From NCBI GenBank assembly GCA_044235095.1, contig JBIIIC010000014.1:2382-66381 (forward strand): DNA of 64,000 bases. The letters are read 5' to 3'. The notes under the pieces are model-generated. The model was not told where the DNA came from. It was given only the letters and a program-made list of their open reading frames with translations, and searched no databases. Position numbers and translations under genes: made by a program. Each line of letters begins with the position of its first letter. The first letter of the stretch is position 1. Below are positions 22,323 to 30,572 of this stretch, piece by piece. This stretch comes from Prochlorococcaceae cyanobacterium. GTDB taxonomy: Bacteria > Cyanobacteriota > Cyanobacteriia > PCC-6307 > Cyanobiaceae.

Positions 22323-22664
22323 TCAGCCGAGCTCCAACGCGGCCAGCTCCAGCTCGCGGCCCTGCAGCAGCTGGCGGCTGAAGGCGCCGCAGCGGGGGCA
22401 GAGGCAATCGCCCTGCCCGGCCTCGAAGGGCTGCTGGCAGGGCTCGCAGGCAAAGCGGGCGACCACGGTGTCGATCTGCAGCGCCGCCCCCTCGGCCGCT
22501 GTGCCGGCCATCACCACCTGATGGGCGAAGCGCAGCGCCTCCGGCTCCACGCCGGCCAGGCTGCCGATGCGCAGGCGGATCACGGCGATGCGGCCACCGC
22601 CATGGGCCCGGGCCTGCTCCAGGGCCAGATCGCGCACCGCTTCCATCAGGCTCAGCTCATGCAT
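22323..22664 (-). CDS. hypA: Hydrogenase nickel-insertion protein HypA
   Basis: 113 aa with an MHELSL start and a CEPC...CPRC zinc site. Confidence 0.92.
   Translation of the reverse strand: MHELSLMEAVRDLALEQARAHGGGRIAVIRLRIGSLAGVEPEALRFAHQVVMAGTAAEGAALQIDTVVARFACEPCQQPFEAGQGDCLCPRCGAFSRQLLQGRELELAALELG
22327..22359. repeat. Copy B of the 33-nt imperfect direct repeat (native hypA 3' end)
   Basis: See copy A at 21508-21540. The two copies bracket the complete HEPN/NTase gene pair, 819 bp apart. Confidence 0.85.
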
Positions 22665-23136
22665 GGCCAGCCAGCCACTGGCGCAGCAGGGCGCGGGCCT
22701 GGGGCAGGGCCGCGCGCAGCTCGGCTGAGAGCGCCGTGCCGTGATCGAAGGCCGTGGCCGGCACCAGCAGCAGCTGGGCCTCGGGGGCCCGACCGTAGAG
22801 GGCCTGGCTTACCGCAAGCAGGGCGGCCGGCTCCAGCCGGTGGCTGTCGGCGCCTGCCCCGGCGCTGGTGCCTGCGGCTGCGCCCGCCGGGCTGAGCGGC
22901 TGCAGCTGGGGCGCGGCCCCCGCAGGAGCCGGCCAGGCATCGATGAACAGCACCCGCTGAAGCCGAGCCAGTTCGGCGGCCAGCTCAGGGGTGAGCTGCT
23001 GCATGCAGCGCACCGCCACCGGGCCCGCGGGATCGGCGGCGGTGAGCACCGCCGCCTGCTCGGCCAGCAGGGCGCCCACGCCGTCGTCGCCGCGCAGGGG
23101 ATTGCCGATGCCGATCACCAGGCGACTGGCAGCCAT
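22657..23136 (-). CDS. hoxW: Hydrogenase maturation endopeptidase HoxW
   Basis: Internal ATG at 23136 gives MAASRLVIGIGNPLRGDDGVG, the HycI/HoxW protease signature. ATGA overlap with the hoxH stop and an 8-nt overlap with the hypA start. Confidence 0.85.
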   Translation of the reverse strand: MAASRLVIGIGNPLRGDDGVGALLAEQAAVLTAADPAGPVAVRCMQQLTPELAAELARLQRVLFIDAWPAPAGAAPQLQPLSPAGAAAGTSAGAGADSHRLEPAALLAVSQALYGRAPEAQLLLVPATAFDHGTALSAELRAALPQARALLRQWLAGHA

Positions 23137-24596
23137 CAATCCCGCACCCGCTCCGCCAGCACCCGCCCACCCGCATCCACCAGCGCAATCCGCAGCGGCA
23201 TCTGGCCGGCGGCGTGGGTGCTGCAGCTCAGGCACGGGTCGAAGCAGCGGATGCCCGCCTCCACCCGGTTGAGCAGGGGCTCGGGGATCTCGGCGCCCTC
23301 CGCCACCGGCTCGCTGATGAACTCCCGGGCGATCTGGGTCACGGTGCGGTTCATCGCCAGGTTGTTCTGGCCCGTGGCGATGATCAGGTTCACGCGGGTG
23401 ATCAGGCCCTCGTCGTTCACCCGGTAGTGGTGAAACAACGTGCCGCGCGGTGCCTCGCTCACCCCCACCGCCTCGTTGGCGTTGAGGCTGGCGTGGGCGC
23501 GGATGCGGCCACCCATCAGGCGCTCATCGGCCACCAGCTGCTCGATCCCCTCCAGGCAGGCCACGATCTCCACCAGCCGGGCATGGTGATACGCAAATGA
23601 GGAGGTCACAACCCTGCCGCCGCTCTCGGCCGTGCCGCTGCGCTGGCGAAACTCCGCCAGCTCCCGATCAGCCCACTCCGTGCCGATGTGCTCGCACCCA
23701 TTCAGCCGCGCCAGCGGGCCCACCCGGTAGATCCCCTCCGGATAGCCGAGCGGCTTGTAATAAGGAAACTTCAGGTAGCTCCAGCTCTCCACCGCCTCGC
23801 CCAGGAAATCGGCGTAGTCGTCTTCGCTGAGGCCGTCGGCCACGATCCGGCCCGTGCTGTCGATGAAGCGGATCGCCCCCTCGATGCACTCCCAGCTCCC
23901 ACCTGTGCCCACCAGGCCCATGAACAGCGACGGGAAATCGCCAAAGGTGCGCTGCTCCCGCTGCAGCGGCCCATCCAGCAGCGTTTTGTAGAGCTCCAGC
24001 GCCTTGGCCACCGTGGCCTTGGCCTCCGGCAGCCGCTGCAGGATCCAATCCCGGGCCTCCGCGCTCAACGGCGTGCGCACGCCACCGGGCACCGCCCAGG
24101 CCGAATGGATCCTGCGGCCGCCCAGCAGCTCCAGCACCTGCTGGCCGAACTGGCGCAGCCGGATGCCGGCGCGGGCCAGCTCCGGATCGGCAGCCATCAG
24201 GCCAAACACATTGCGCCGGGCCGGATCGCTCTCCCAGCCCAGCAGGAAATCGGGGCTGCTCAGATGAAAAAACGAGAGGGCGTGGCTCTGGCAGAGCTGG
24301 GCCAGGTTCAGCAGTCGCCGCAGCTGCCGCGCCGCCGGTGGCGGCTGCACCGCCAGCAGCTTGTCGCCGGTTTTCGCCGCGGCAAGGAGGTGGCTCACCG
24401 GACAGATGCCGCAGATCCGCGCCGTGATGCCCGCCATCTCCGTGAATGGATGGCCCTCGCAGAAGGTTTCAAACCCCCGATACTCCACAACGTGGAAGCG
24501 GGCATCGCTGAGCCGCCCGGCTTCATCGAGGTGCAGGGTGATCTTGGCGTGGCCCTCGATGCGGGTCACCGGGTCGATCGTGATCGTGCGGGTCAT
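23136..24596 (-). CDS. hoxH: Bidirectional [NiFe] hydrogenase large (catalytic) subunit HoxH
   Basis: Internal ATG at 24596 of the 797-aa track ORF. MTRTITIDPVTRIEGH start, RICGICPVSH N-terminal Ni-binding motif and DPCLSCSTH C-terminal motif. 486 aa. Confidence 0.95.
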   Translation of the reverse strand: MTRTITIDPVTRIEGHAKITLHLDEAGRLSDARFHVVEYRGFETFCEGHPFTEMAGITARICGICPVSHLLAAAKTGDKLLAVQPPPAARQLRRLLNLAQLCQSHALSFFHLSSPDFLLGWESDPARRNVFGLMAADPELARAGIRLRQFGQQVLELLGGRRIHSAWAVPGGVRTPLSAEARDWILQRLPEAKATVAKALELYKTLLDGPLQREQRTFGDFPSLFMGLVGTGGSWECIEGAIRFIDSTGRIVADGLSEDDYADFLGEAVESWSYLKFPYYKPLGYPEGIYRVGPLARLNGCEHIGTEWADRELAEFRQRSGTAESGGRVVTSSFAYHHARLVEIVACLEGIEQLVADERLMGGRIRAHASLNANEAVGVSEAPRGTLFHHYRVNDEGLITRVNLIIATGQNNLAMNRTVTQIAREFISEPVAEGAEIPEPLLNRVEAGIRCFDPCLSCSTHAAGQMPLRIALVDAGGRVLAERVRD

Positions 24597-24673
24597 CCCA
24601 CGGCGGATCAGTTGGGCGCGACCCTCAGCATGGCCACGCCGGACAGGCCTGCTGCACGGCCGGCAGCTGAACG

Positions 24674-25285
24674 CTACGGCTGACCCGCTGGTGGCCCCGG
24701 CGGCAGCTCGGGAGGCAGCCGCCCCTCCACCTCCAGGCGGAACACCATGATCCGCTGCACCACATACACCAGCTGGGCCGTGCTCCAGCCGGCCATCAGC
24801 ACCCCGTTCACCGCCTCCGCCACGCTCAGCAGGCGCCAACACTGGGGCAGGGTCATGTCGCCGTAGCCCACGGTGGTGAAGGTGATCCCGGAGAAATACA
24901 CGCTGGCCTCCAGCCCCGCAAACAGGCCCAGGCCGCGATACACCAGTGCCCAGAGCAGGATCTCCACCAGCAGGGCCAGGGCCGTGAGCAGGGCCATCGC
25001 CACGATCAGCAGCAGCCGCCGGGAGCTGCGCGGCGCGCACCAGGCATCCAGCCGCGGCCGGTGGGTGAGTTCGGCCTGGATCACCGTCACCACGCTGTGT
25101 ACCACTGCCGTGAGCACCAGCATCCCCACGGCGATCACCAGCTGGGTGCCCAACCCGGCACAGGCCGGGGCAGCCGGGGCCAGCGGGGCCTGGGCACCGC
25201 TCACCGGCAGGCCCGCCAGCAGGTGAACCACCAGGCCGGCCAGCAGGCCGATATAACTCCAACCCAGCAGCGCGCGGCGGCCCAT
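24674..25285 (-). CDS. Minimal potassium-channel family protein (pore TVGYGD, no ligand-binding domain)
   Basis: ATG at 25285 with GGAG 9 nt upstream, 5 nt after the upstream stop. 203 aa with TM helices and the selectivity-filter sequence FTTVGYGD. Confidence 0.75.
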   Translation of the reverse strand: MGRRALLGWSYIGLLAGLVVHLLAGLPVSGAQAPLAPAAPACAGLGTQLVIAVGMLVLTAVVHSVVTVIQAELTHRPRLDAWCAPRSSRRLLLIVAMALLTALALLVEILLWALVYRGLGLFAGLEASVYFSGITFTTVGYGDMTLPQCWRLLSVAEAVNGVLMAGWSTAQLVYVVQRIMVFRLEVEGRLPPELPPGPPAGQP

Positions 25286-25290
25286 GGCGC

Positions 25291-26385
25291 TCACTCCGGC
25301 AACGGCAGCCCGAGCCAGCGGGCCTCCTCGCGGGCGGCGGGCAGCAGCTGCGCCAGCTCCTCGGCACTGGCATTGGCGCTGGCGCGCAGCTGCCGGTAGC
25401 GGCGCAGGGCCGAACTGGGAAACAGCAGCAGGCCCACCGCCAGGGCCAGCCCACAGCCCAGCGTGTAATCGATCCAGCGGTGCGGGAGGTACCACGCCAC
25501 CAGCGGGCCGTAGCCAATGAAGGCCACACCGCTGGAGATCAGGGCGGTGCGCAGGTGATCGCCCCGATTCAGCGCCAGCACCAGCGCCGCCGTGCCCCCC
25601 ATCACCAGGCCGGTCTGCAGCGAGCCGAGCCCGAAGCTGTTGAACACCAGCAGCGGCATCAGGATGCCGAGGCTCACCCCGATCATCCGGTCGCGCACGC
25701 GAGCCAGCGTGGCGCCGATGCTGTCGTTGAGCAGCAGCACCACCCCGAAATACAGGTATTTCGGGGTGACGGCCCCCAGCCCTTCGCCGATCGCCAGCGC
25801 CAGCGACGCAAACACCAGTTTGCGCCAGAAGAAGGGCGAGGTGAGCCCCTGGCTGAGCCGCTGCGCCAGCGGCAGATCGCTCTCATCGGCAGCCGGCTCT
25901 GGCTTGGAGCCCTCCCCACCCGGGGCCAGCCCCGCCGGTGTGAAGGCCAGCTGCACCGCCGTGCCGATCGCCATGCCCAGACTGATGGCGAGCAGGTGAT
26001 CGCGCCAATCGCTCCAGCTGGGGGCACTGGCCAGCAGCGGCAGCACCCCTGCCACCGCCAGCACCCCGGAGAGCATCCGCAGCTTGGCCGGCAGCAGCAG
26101 CGCCAGCAGCTGCATCAGCGCCGCCACCAACCCAAACACGAACACCTGGGGCACCGCCTCCAGGGCCAGCCCCAGGCTGATCCCCACCGCCATGCCGAAG
26201 CCCAGCAGCACCAGCAGCACCGGGTAGATCGCCAGGGGCCAGCGGCTGAAATCCGGCCGCACCACCAGCACCGCGATCACCGCGCCATAGGCGATCGAAT
26301 CGCCGCCCAGGCCCACGCCCTGGCACACGGCCGCACTGAAGGCCGCCGCCAGGCCGATCACCAGGACCACGCGCAGCTGGGCCAT
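25291..26385 (-). CDS. Polytopic inner-membrane protein, FUSC/ArAE-like efflux component (assignment partly from context)
   Basis: 364 aa in two hydrophobic halves separated by a charged loop. It directly follows the HlyD gene and the small membrane protein, as in aaeXAB-type operons. Confidence 0.55.
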   Translation of the reverse strand: MAQLRVVLVIGLAAAFSAAVCQGVGLGGDSIAYGAVIAVLVVRPDFSRWPLAIYPVLLVLLGFGMAVGISLGLALEAVPQVFVFGLVAALMQLLALLLPAKLRMLSGVLAVAGVLPLLASAPSWSDWRDHLLAISLGMAIGTAVQLAFTPAGLAPGGEGSKPEPAADESDLPLAQRLSQGLTSPFFWRKLVFASLALAIGEGLGAVTPKYLYFGVVLLLNDSIGATLARVRDRMIGVSLGILMPLLVFNSFGLGSLQTGLVMGGTAALVLALNRGDHLRTALISSGVAFIGYGPLVAWYLPHRWIDYTLGCGLALAVGLLLFPSSALRRYRQLRASANASAEELAQLLPAAREEARWLGLPLPE

Positions 26386-26568
26386 TCAGGGGCGCGGCGG
26401 GCGCAGCGCCTGGGCCCAGCCCAGCAGCAGCACCACCACCAGCAGCGCCACCCAGAACCACAGCCGCGGCGGCGCACTCACGCTGGCGATCCCCAGCAGC
26501 AGCAGGGCCAGCCAGGGGGCCGGCTGGCGCCAGGGCCCCAGCCAACGTTCACCGGGTGATCGGCTCAT
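26386..26568 (-). CDS. Small two-TM membrane protein (AaeX-like by position)
   Basis: 60 aa. ATGA overlap with the HlyD stop, and its own stop abuts the ATG of the next gene. Confidence 0.5.
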   Translation of the reverse strand: MSRSPGERWLGPWRQPAPWLALLLLGIASVSAPPRLWFWVALLVVVLLLGWAQALRPPRP

Positions 26569-27776
26569 CGCTCCGCCCCCCCGAGCCAGCGCAGAAACGG
26601 CAGCACGAAACTCATCAGCGAACGGCGTTCGACTTCCACCTTCGCCCTGGCGGGGGTGCCGTTTTCGAGGGGCAGATCCGGCCCTCGGCCGCTGCTCCAG
26701 CGCAGGCCACTGGGGGTGGGGGCCACCTCCAGCTCCACCGTCACCAGTTGCACCGGGGCCGTGAACTTGTCGCCGGCGATCTCCACCGGGTCGCCCCCCT
26801 CGCCGAAGGCGGCCTGGCGGCTGCGGGTCATCAGGCTCTGGGCCAGCTCTGGATCGCCCACCACCCGGCTCACCTCGGCCAGATCCGCCGCCGCCGGCGA
26901 GATGGCCACGATCCGGCCCTCAAGCAGGCCATAGCGCTCCGCCGTGCCGCCGTAGCGGTCGCGCGTCTGCAGCAGTGGATCGAGCTGGATGGGCTCACCC
27001 ACCCGCAGCCGCACCGCGTCGGCGTCGCTGAACAGGGCCGTGGCCAGCCGCGGCCGCTCCTCCTGCCGGGGTCCGGGGCCCAGCGTGCCCAACCGCTGGC
27101 CGGGGATCACCGCCTGGCCCGGGGCCACCGCCAGGCTCAGCAGCACCCCCGAGCGCGGGGCCAGCACCTGCTGGGAATCGCGCTGCCCTTCCAGCTCGGC
27201 CCGGTTCACATCCAGCTGGGCCAGCTGCCCCTCCAGCGCCCTGATCTGGCCCACGTTGCGCAGATAGAGGTCTTGGGCGCCCACCCACAGGGGGCTGTAG
27301 CGCGGGATCACCTCCTCGCGGCGGAGGCTGTCGAGGGCCCGCATCTGTTGCAACACCGGCTTGTTGGTGGTGCGCAGAGCCGCGATCTGGGCCTCAATCG
27401 CCTCCTGCTGGCGGCTGATGGCCAGCTTCTGGCGCTCCAGGGCACCGGGATCGGGGCCCACCGCCCCGGCCCCGGCCGCCGCCTGGTCCACCCGGTTGAG
27501 GGTGAGCAGCAGCTCGCCCCGCTCCACGGCGTCACCCACCCGCCGATGCAGCATCTGCACCTGCCCCGCCGAGCGGGCGTAGAACCCCACCCGACTGCCG
27601 GGCTGCAGCAGCACCGCGCTGCCCTCCACCTTCACCGCCACCACCGGCGAGAGCGCCCACACGCCACAGATCGCCGTGACCACGGCCATCGGTAGCAGCT
27701 GCGGCACAGACAGGCGCGGCTCGGAATCCAATGCGGTTGTCGCCGCGGCTTCGGCGGCGGTTTCACCTGCGGCCAT
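26565..27776 (-). CDS. HlyD-family membrane fusion / periplasmic adaptor protein
   Basis: Internal ATG at 27776 of the 881-aa track ORF. N-terminal TM segment, a lipoyl-like segment (GDAVERGELLLTL), a long coiled coil and a beta-barrel (APRSGVLLSLAVAPGQAV). Confidence 0.85.
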   Translation of the reverse strand: MAAGETAAEAAATTALDSEPRLSVPQLLPMAVVTAICGVWALSPVVAVKVEGSAVLLQPGSRVGFYARSAGQVQMLHRRVGDAVERGELLLTLNRVDQAAAGAGAVGPDPGALERQKLAISRQQEAIEAQIAALRTTNKPVLQQMRALDSLRREEVIPRYSPLWVGAQDLYLRNVGQIRALEGQLAQLDVNRAELEGQRDSQQVLAPRSGVLLSLAVAPGQAVIPGQRLGTLGPGPRQEERPRLATALFSDADAVRLRVGEPIQLDPLLQTRDRYGGTAERYGLLEGRIVAISPAAADLAEVSRVVGDPELAQSLMTRSRQAAFGEGGDPVEIAGDKFTAPVQLVTVELEVAPTPSGLRWSSGRGPDLPLENGTPARAKVEVERRSLMSFVLPFLRWLGGAER

Positions 27777-27842
27777 GGCGCCTGGCAATCCCGCCGCCCG
27801 TGAAGTGGCCTTACGGTACCGGCAATTTCCCGCATCAAGCCG

Positions 27843-29261
27843 TTGGGTCGCCGGACAGGCTGGTGGAGCACCATTGGGCTGATCACCCTGGCCCTGGCCC
27901 CTCTCCAGCCCGCCTGCGCCCAGCCCGCCCCGCTGCAGCTCAGCCGCCAGCAGGCTCTCGAGCTCGGGCTGAACGCCTCGCTCAGCCTGCGCGGCAGGGC
28001 CCTGGCGGTGGAGGAGAACCAGTCCCTGGTGGGGCTGGCCCGCTCCCGTTTCCTGCCCAAACTGGACCTGGTGGCCCTCGGCACCTTTGCCCAGGTGGAC
28101 ACCAATGTGGGCTTCATCTCCAACCTGCCCACGATCGGCGATCTGAGCCTCAACCTCAATGGCGACAGCTCCGCTCTCATCACCAACACCTTCGTGAACC
28201 TGGGGCTGGTGTTCACGATGCCCCTGGTGGATTTCGGCCGGGGACCGCTGCAGCAGGCGGCCCGGGCCGACCTGGAGTCCTCCCGGGCCGAGCAGGCCGA
28301 GCAGGAGCGGCGCACCCGCTTCGAGATCCTCAACCGCTACCTGGCGGCCCAGTACACCGCCGCTCTGATCCCGGTGTGGCAGAGCTCCCTGACCCTGTCG
28401 CAAACCCTGCTGCGCGATGTGAATGCCATCCGGCGCGAGGGGTTGGCGCCGCGCATCGACACCTTCCAGGCCGAAGCGCAGGTGCAGGCGGATCTGCAGG
28501 GCCTGGCCGAAGCCCGCGCCCAGCACGCGATCGCCCTCAGTGCCCTGGCCCGCAGCCTCAACCTGCCCGCCGAAGCGGCGGTGCAGACCACCGACCCACT
28601 CCTGCCTGACCCCGCCTGGCCACTCTCGCTGGAGGGAACGCTGCAGCAGGCCCTCAACCAACGCCCGGCCCTGGAGACCCTGCAGCGGCAGGTGGCGGCC
28701 CAGCAGGCCCGGGTGAAGCTGGCGCGGGCCACGCGACTGCCGAGCGTGGGCCTGCTGCTGGGCGGCGGCATCAGCGGCGACTGGCTGAGCGTGCCCAACG
28801 CCAGCACCACCGCCTCCGTGGGTGGAGCTGGCCTGCCCGCCCTCAGCAGCAGTGGCAGTGCCTCCGGCAGCTTCGTGGACTGGGGCGCGGCCATCACGGT
28901 GCGCCAATCCCTCTACGACGGCGGCCAGAGCCGTGAAACGGTGGCCCTGGCCCAGCGCCGGGCCCAGCAGGCGGAGCTGGCGGTGGAGGAAGCCCAGCAG
29001 GGGATTATCCAGAGCGTGGAAACCTGGTACGCCACCCACCAGGCCAGCGCAGCCCAGACCCAGGCCACCGCCGCAGCGATCAAGGCCAATGAACGGTCGG
29101 TGCGGGATGGCCTCCTGCGCTATCGGGCCGGACTGGCACCGATCACCGAGGTGCTGCTGGCCCAGCGCAACCTGCAGGTGGCGCGCGCCGCGGAGGCCAC
29201 GGCCATCCACCGCTGGAACCTGAGCCGGGCGGCGCTGGAACTGGAGACCGGCCAGCCCTGA
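27843..29261 (+). CDS. TolC-family outer-membrane efflux protein
   Basis: 472 aa with a signal peptide (LALAPLQPACAQP) and two repeated OEP-type halves. Divergent from the HlyD gene across a 66-nt spacer. Confidence 0.85.
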   Translation: MGRRTGWWSTIGLITLALAPLQPACAQPAPLQLSRQQALELGLNASLSLRGRALAVEENQSLVGLARSRFLPKLDLVALGTFAQVDTNVGFISNLPTIGDLSLNLNGDSSALITNTFVNLGLVFTMPLVDFGRGPLQQAARADLESSRAEQAEQERRTRFEILNRYLAAQYTAALIPVWQSSLTLSQTLLRDVNAIRREGLAPRIDTFQAEAQVQADLQGLAEARAQHAIALSALARSLNLPAEAAVQTTDPLLPDPAWPLSLEGTLQQALNQRPALETLQRQVAAQQARVKLARATRLPSVGLLLGGGISGDWLSVPNASTTASVGGAGLPALSSSGSASGSFVDWGAAITVRQSLYDGGQSRETVALAQRRAQQAELAVEEAQQGIIQSVETWYATHQASAAQTQATAAAIKANERSVRDGLLRYRAGLAPITEVLLAQRNLQVARAAEATAIHRWNLSRAALELETGQP

Positions 29262-29271
29262 CTGGCCAGCC

Positions 29272-29844
29272 CTAGCCGAACCGCAACTGCGCGGCGCCCT
29301 GCTGCCGCGGCCGCTCGCCGAGCAGCAACGGCTCCAGAAAACCGCGGATGCGCTCGGCCGACGGCGGACAGCCGGGCAGATACAGATCCACCGGAATCAC
29401 CTCATGCAGCGGCAGCACCCGCTCCAGCAGCTCCGGCACGATCCCCGGCGCGTGGGGGTGCTGGGCGCCCGTGTCGGCCAGCTCCACGTAGCCGCGATCC
29501 AGCACGCTCTGGCGCGAGCCCCCATCCACGTGCGCCCAGAGGTTGCGCAGGCCCGGCACGTTGGCGGTCACGGCGCAGTCGCCGAACGACACCACCAAAG
29601 CGCTGCGCGCCCGCAGCTGCAGGGCCAGCTCGAGGTTGTCGGCGTTGGCCACCGCCCCCTCCACCAGGCACACATCCACCCCTTCGGGAAACACCTTCAC
29701 GTCGCTGGCCACCGGCGAGAACACCACCTCCACCCGCTCGGCCAGCTTGAACAGCCACTCGTCGAGATCGAGAAACGACATGTGGCAGCCGCTGCAGCCG
29801 GCCAGCCACACCGTGGCGAACCGCAACTTGGCGGTGGCCGTCAC
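29272..29844 (-). CDS. hoxY: Bidirectional [NiFe] hydrogenase small subunit HoxY
   Basis: GTG at 29844 preceded by [37 protein letters not shown]-terminus and LPGCPP motif. GTGA overlap with the hoxU stop. Confidence 0.9.
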   Translation of the reverse strand: MTATAKLRFATVWLAGCSGCHMSFLDLDEWLFKLAERVEVVFSPVASDVKVFPEGVDVCLVEGAVANADNLELALQLRARSALVVSFGDCAVTANVPGLRNLWAHVDGGSRQSVLDRGYVELADTGAQHPHAPGIVPELLERVLPLHEVIPVDLYLPGCPPSAERIRGFLEPLLLGERPRQQGAAQLRFG

Positions 29845-30572
29845 GGCGCCTCCCCCTGATTGAGCCAATGCCGCTGCTCGCGGGCCATCCGCAGCAGCTG
29901 GGCCCGCTCGCGGTGGGGCTGCTTCTCGGCGGTGGTGTCGTCTCTGGCGAACAGGGCGCCGGTGGGGCACACATCCACGCACTTGCCACAGTTGGTGCAG
30001 GCCTCCACCTCTCCCCAGGGCTGATCGAGCCCGGCGATGATCCGGCACTGGGCGCCGCGGTGCGCCACATCCCACACATGGGCCCCCTCGATCTCGTCGC
30101 ACACGCGCACGCAGCGGGTGCAGAGGATGCAGTGGTGGTGGTCGAGGGCGAACAGGGGATGGGAGGCATCCACCCGCCGCTGGGGATATTGGTAGGGAAA
30201 GCGGGAGTGGTCCATCCCCACCGTCACCGCCACGTCCTGCAGTTCGCAGGCGCCGTTGGCCACGCAGAAGGCGCAGATGTGGTTGCCCTCGGCGAAGAAC
30301 AGCTCCACCGCCATGCGCCGCCACTCGCGCAGCTGGAGGGTCTGGGTGAGGATCACCAGCCCCTCGCTCGCCGCCGTGGCGCAGGCAGGCTGCAGTTTGC
30401 CGCTGCCCTCCACCTCCACTAGGCACAGCCGGCAGGCGCCTACCGGCGTGAGGCCATCGAGATGGCAGAGGGTGGGCAGCTCGGCGCCGGCGGCCCGGGC
30501 GGCATCCAGCAGCGAGGCTCCGGCCGGCACCGCCACCTCCACGCCATCCACCCGCAGGGTGAGCACGCTCAT
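29841..30572 (-). CDS. hoxU: Diaphorase subunit HoxU (NuoG-like Fe-S protein)
   Basis: Internal ATG at 30572. [10 protein letters not shown] start, 2Fe-2S and 4Fe-4S Cys motifs ([35 protein letters not shown]). ATGA overlap with hoxF. Confidence 0.95.
   Translation of the reverse strand: MSVLTLRVDGVEVAVPAGASLLDAARAAGAELPTLCHLDGLTPVGACRLCLVEVEGSGKLQPACATAASEGLVILTQTLQLREWRRMAVELFFAEGNHICAFCVANGACELQDVAVTVGMDHSRFPYQYPQRRVDASHPLFALDHHHCILCTRCVRVCDEIEGAHVWDVAHRGAQCRIIAGLDQPWGEVEACTNCGKCVDVCPTGALFARDDTTAEKQPHRERAQLLRMAREQRHWLNQGEAP

Noticed and set aside
24597-25529. Apparent 797-aa fusion extending HoxH upstream
   Set aside because: The upstream part has no hydrogenase similarity. A different minus-strand frame there encodes a coherent K+ channel with TVGYGD. 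HoxH homology starts at MTRTITIDPVTRIEGH (24596).
27777-29210. Upper part of the 881-aa minus-strand ORF, which would make a giant HlyD protein
   Set aside because: It lies antisense to a well-formed TolC gene on the plus strand. HlyD features (TM segment, lipoyl domain, coiled coil) begin only after the ATG at 27776.
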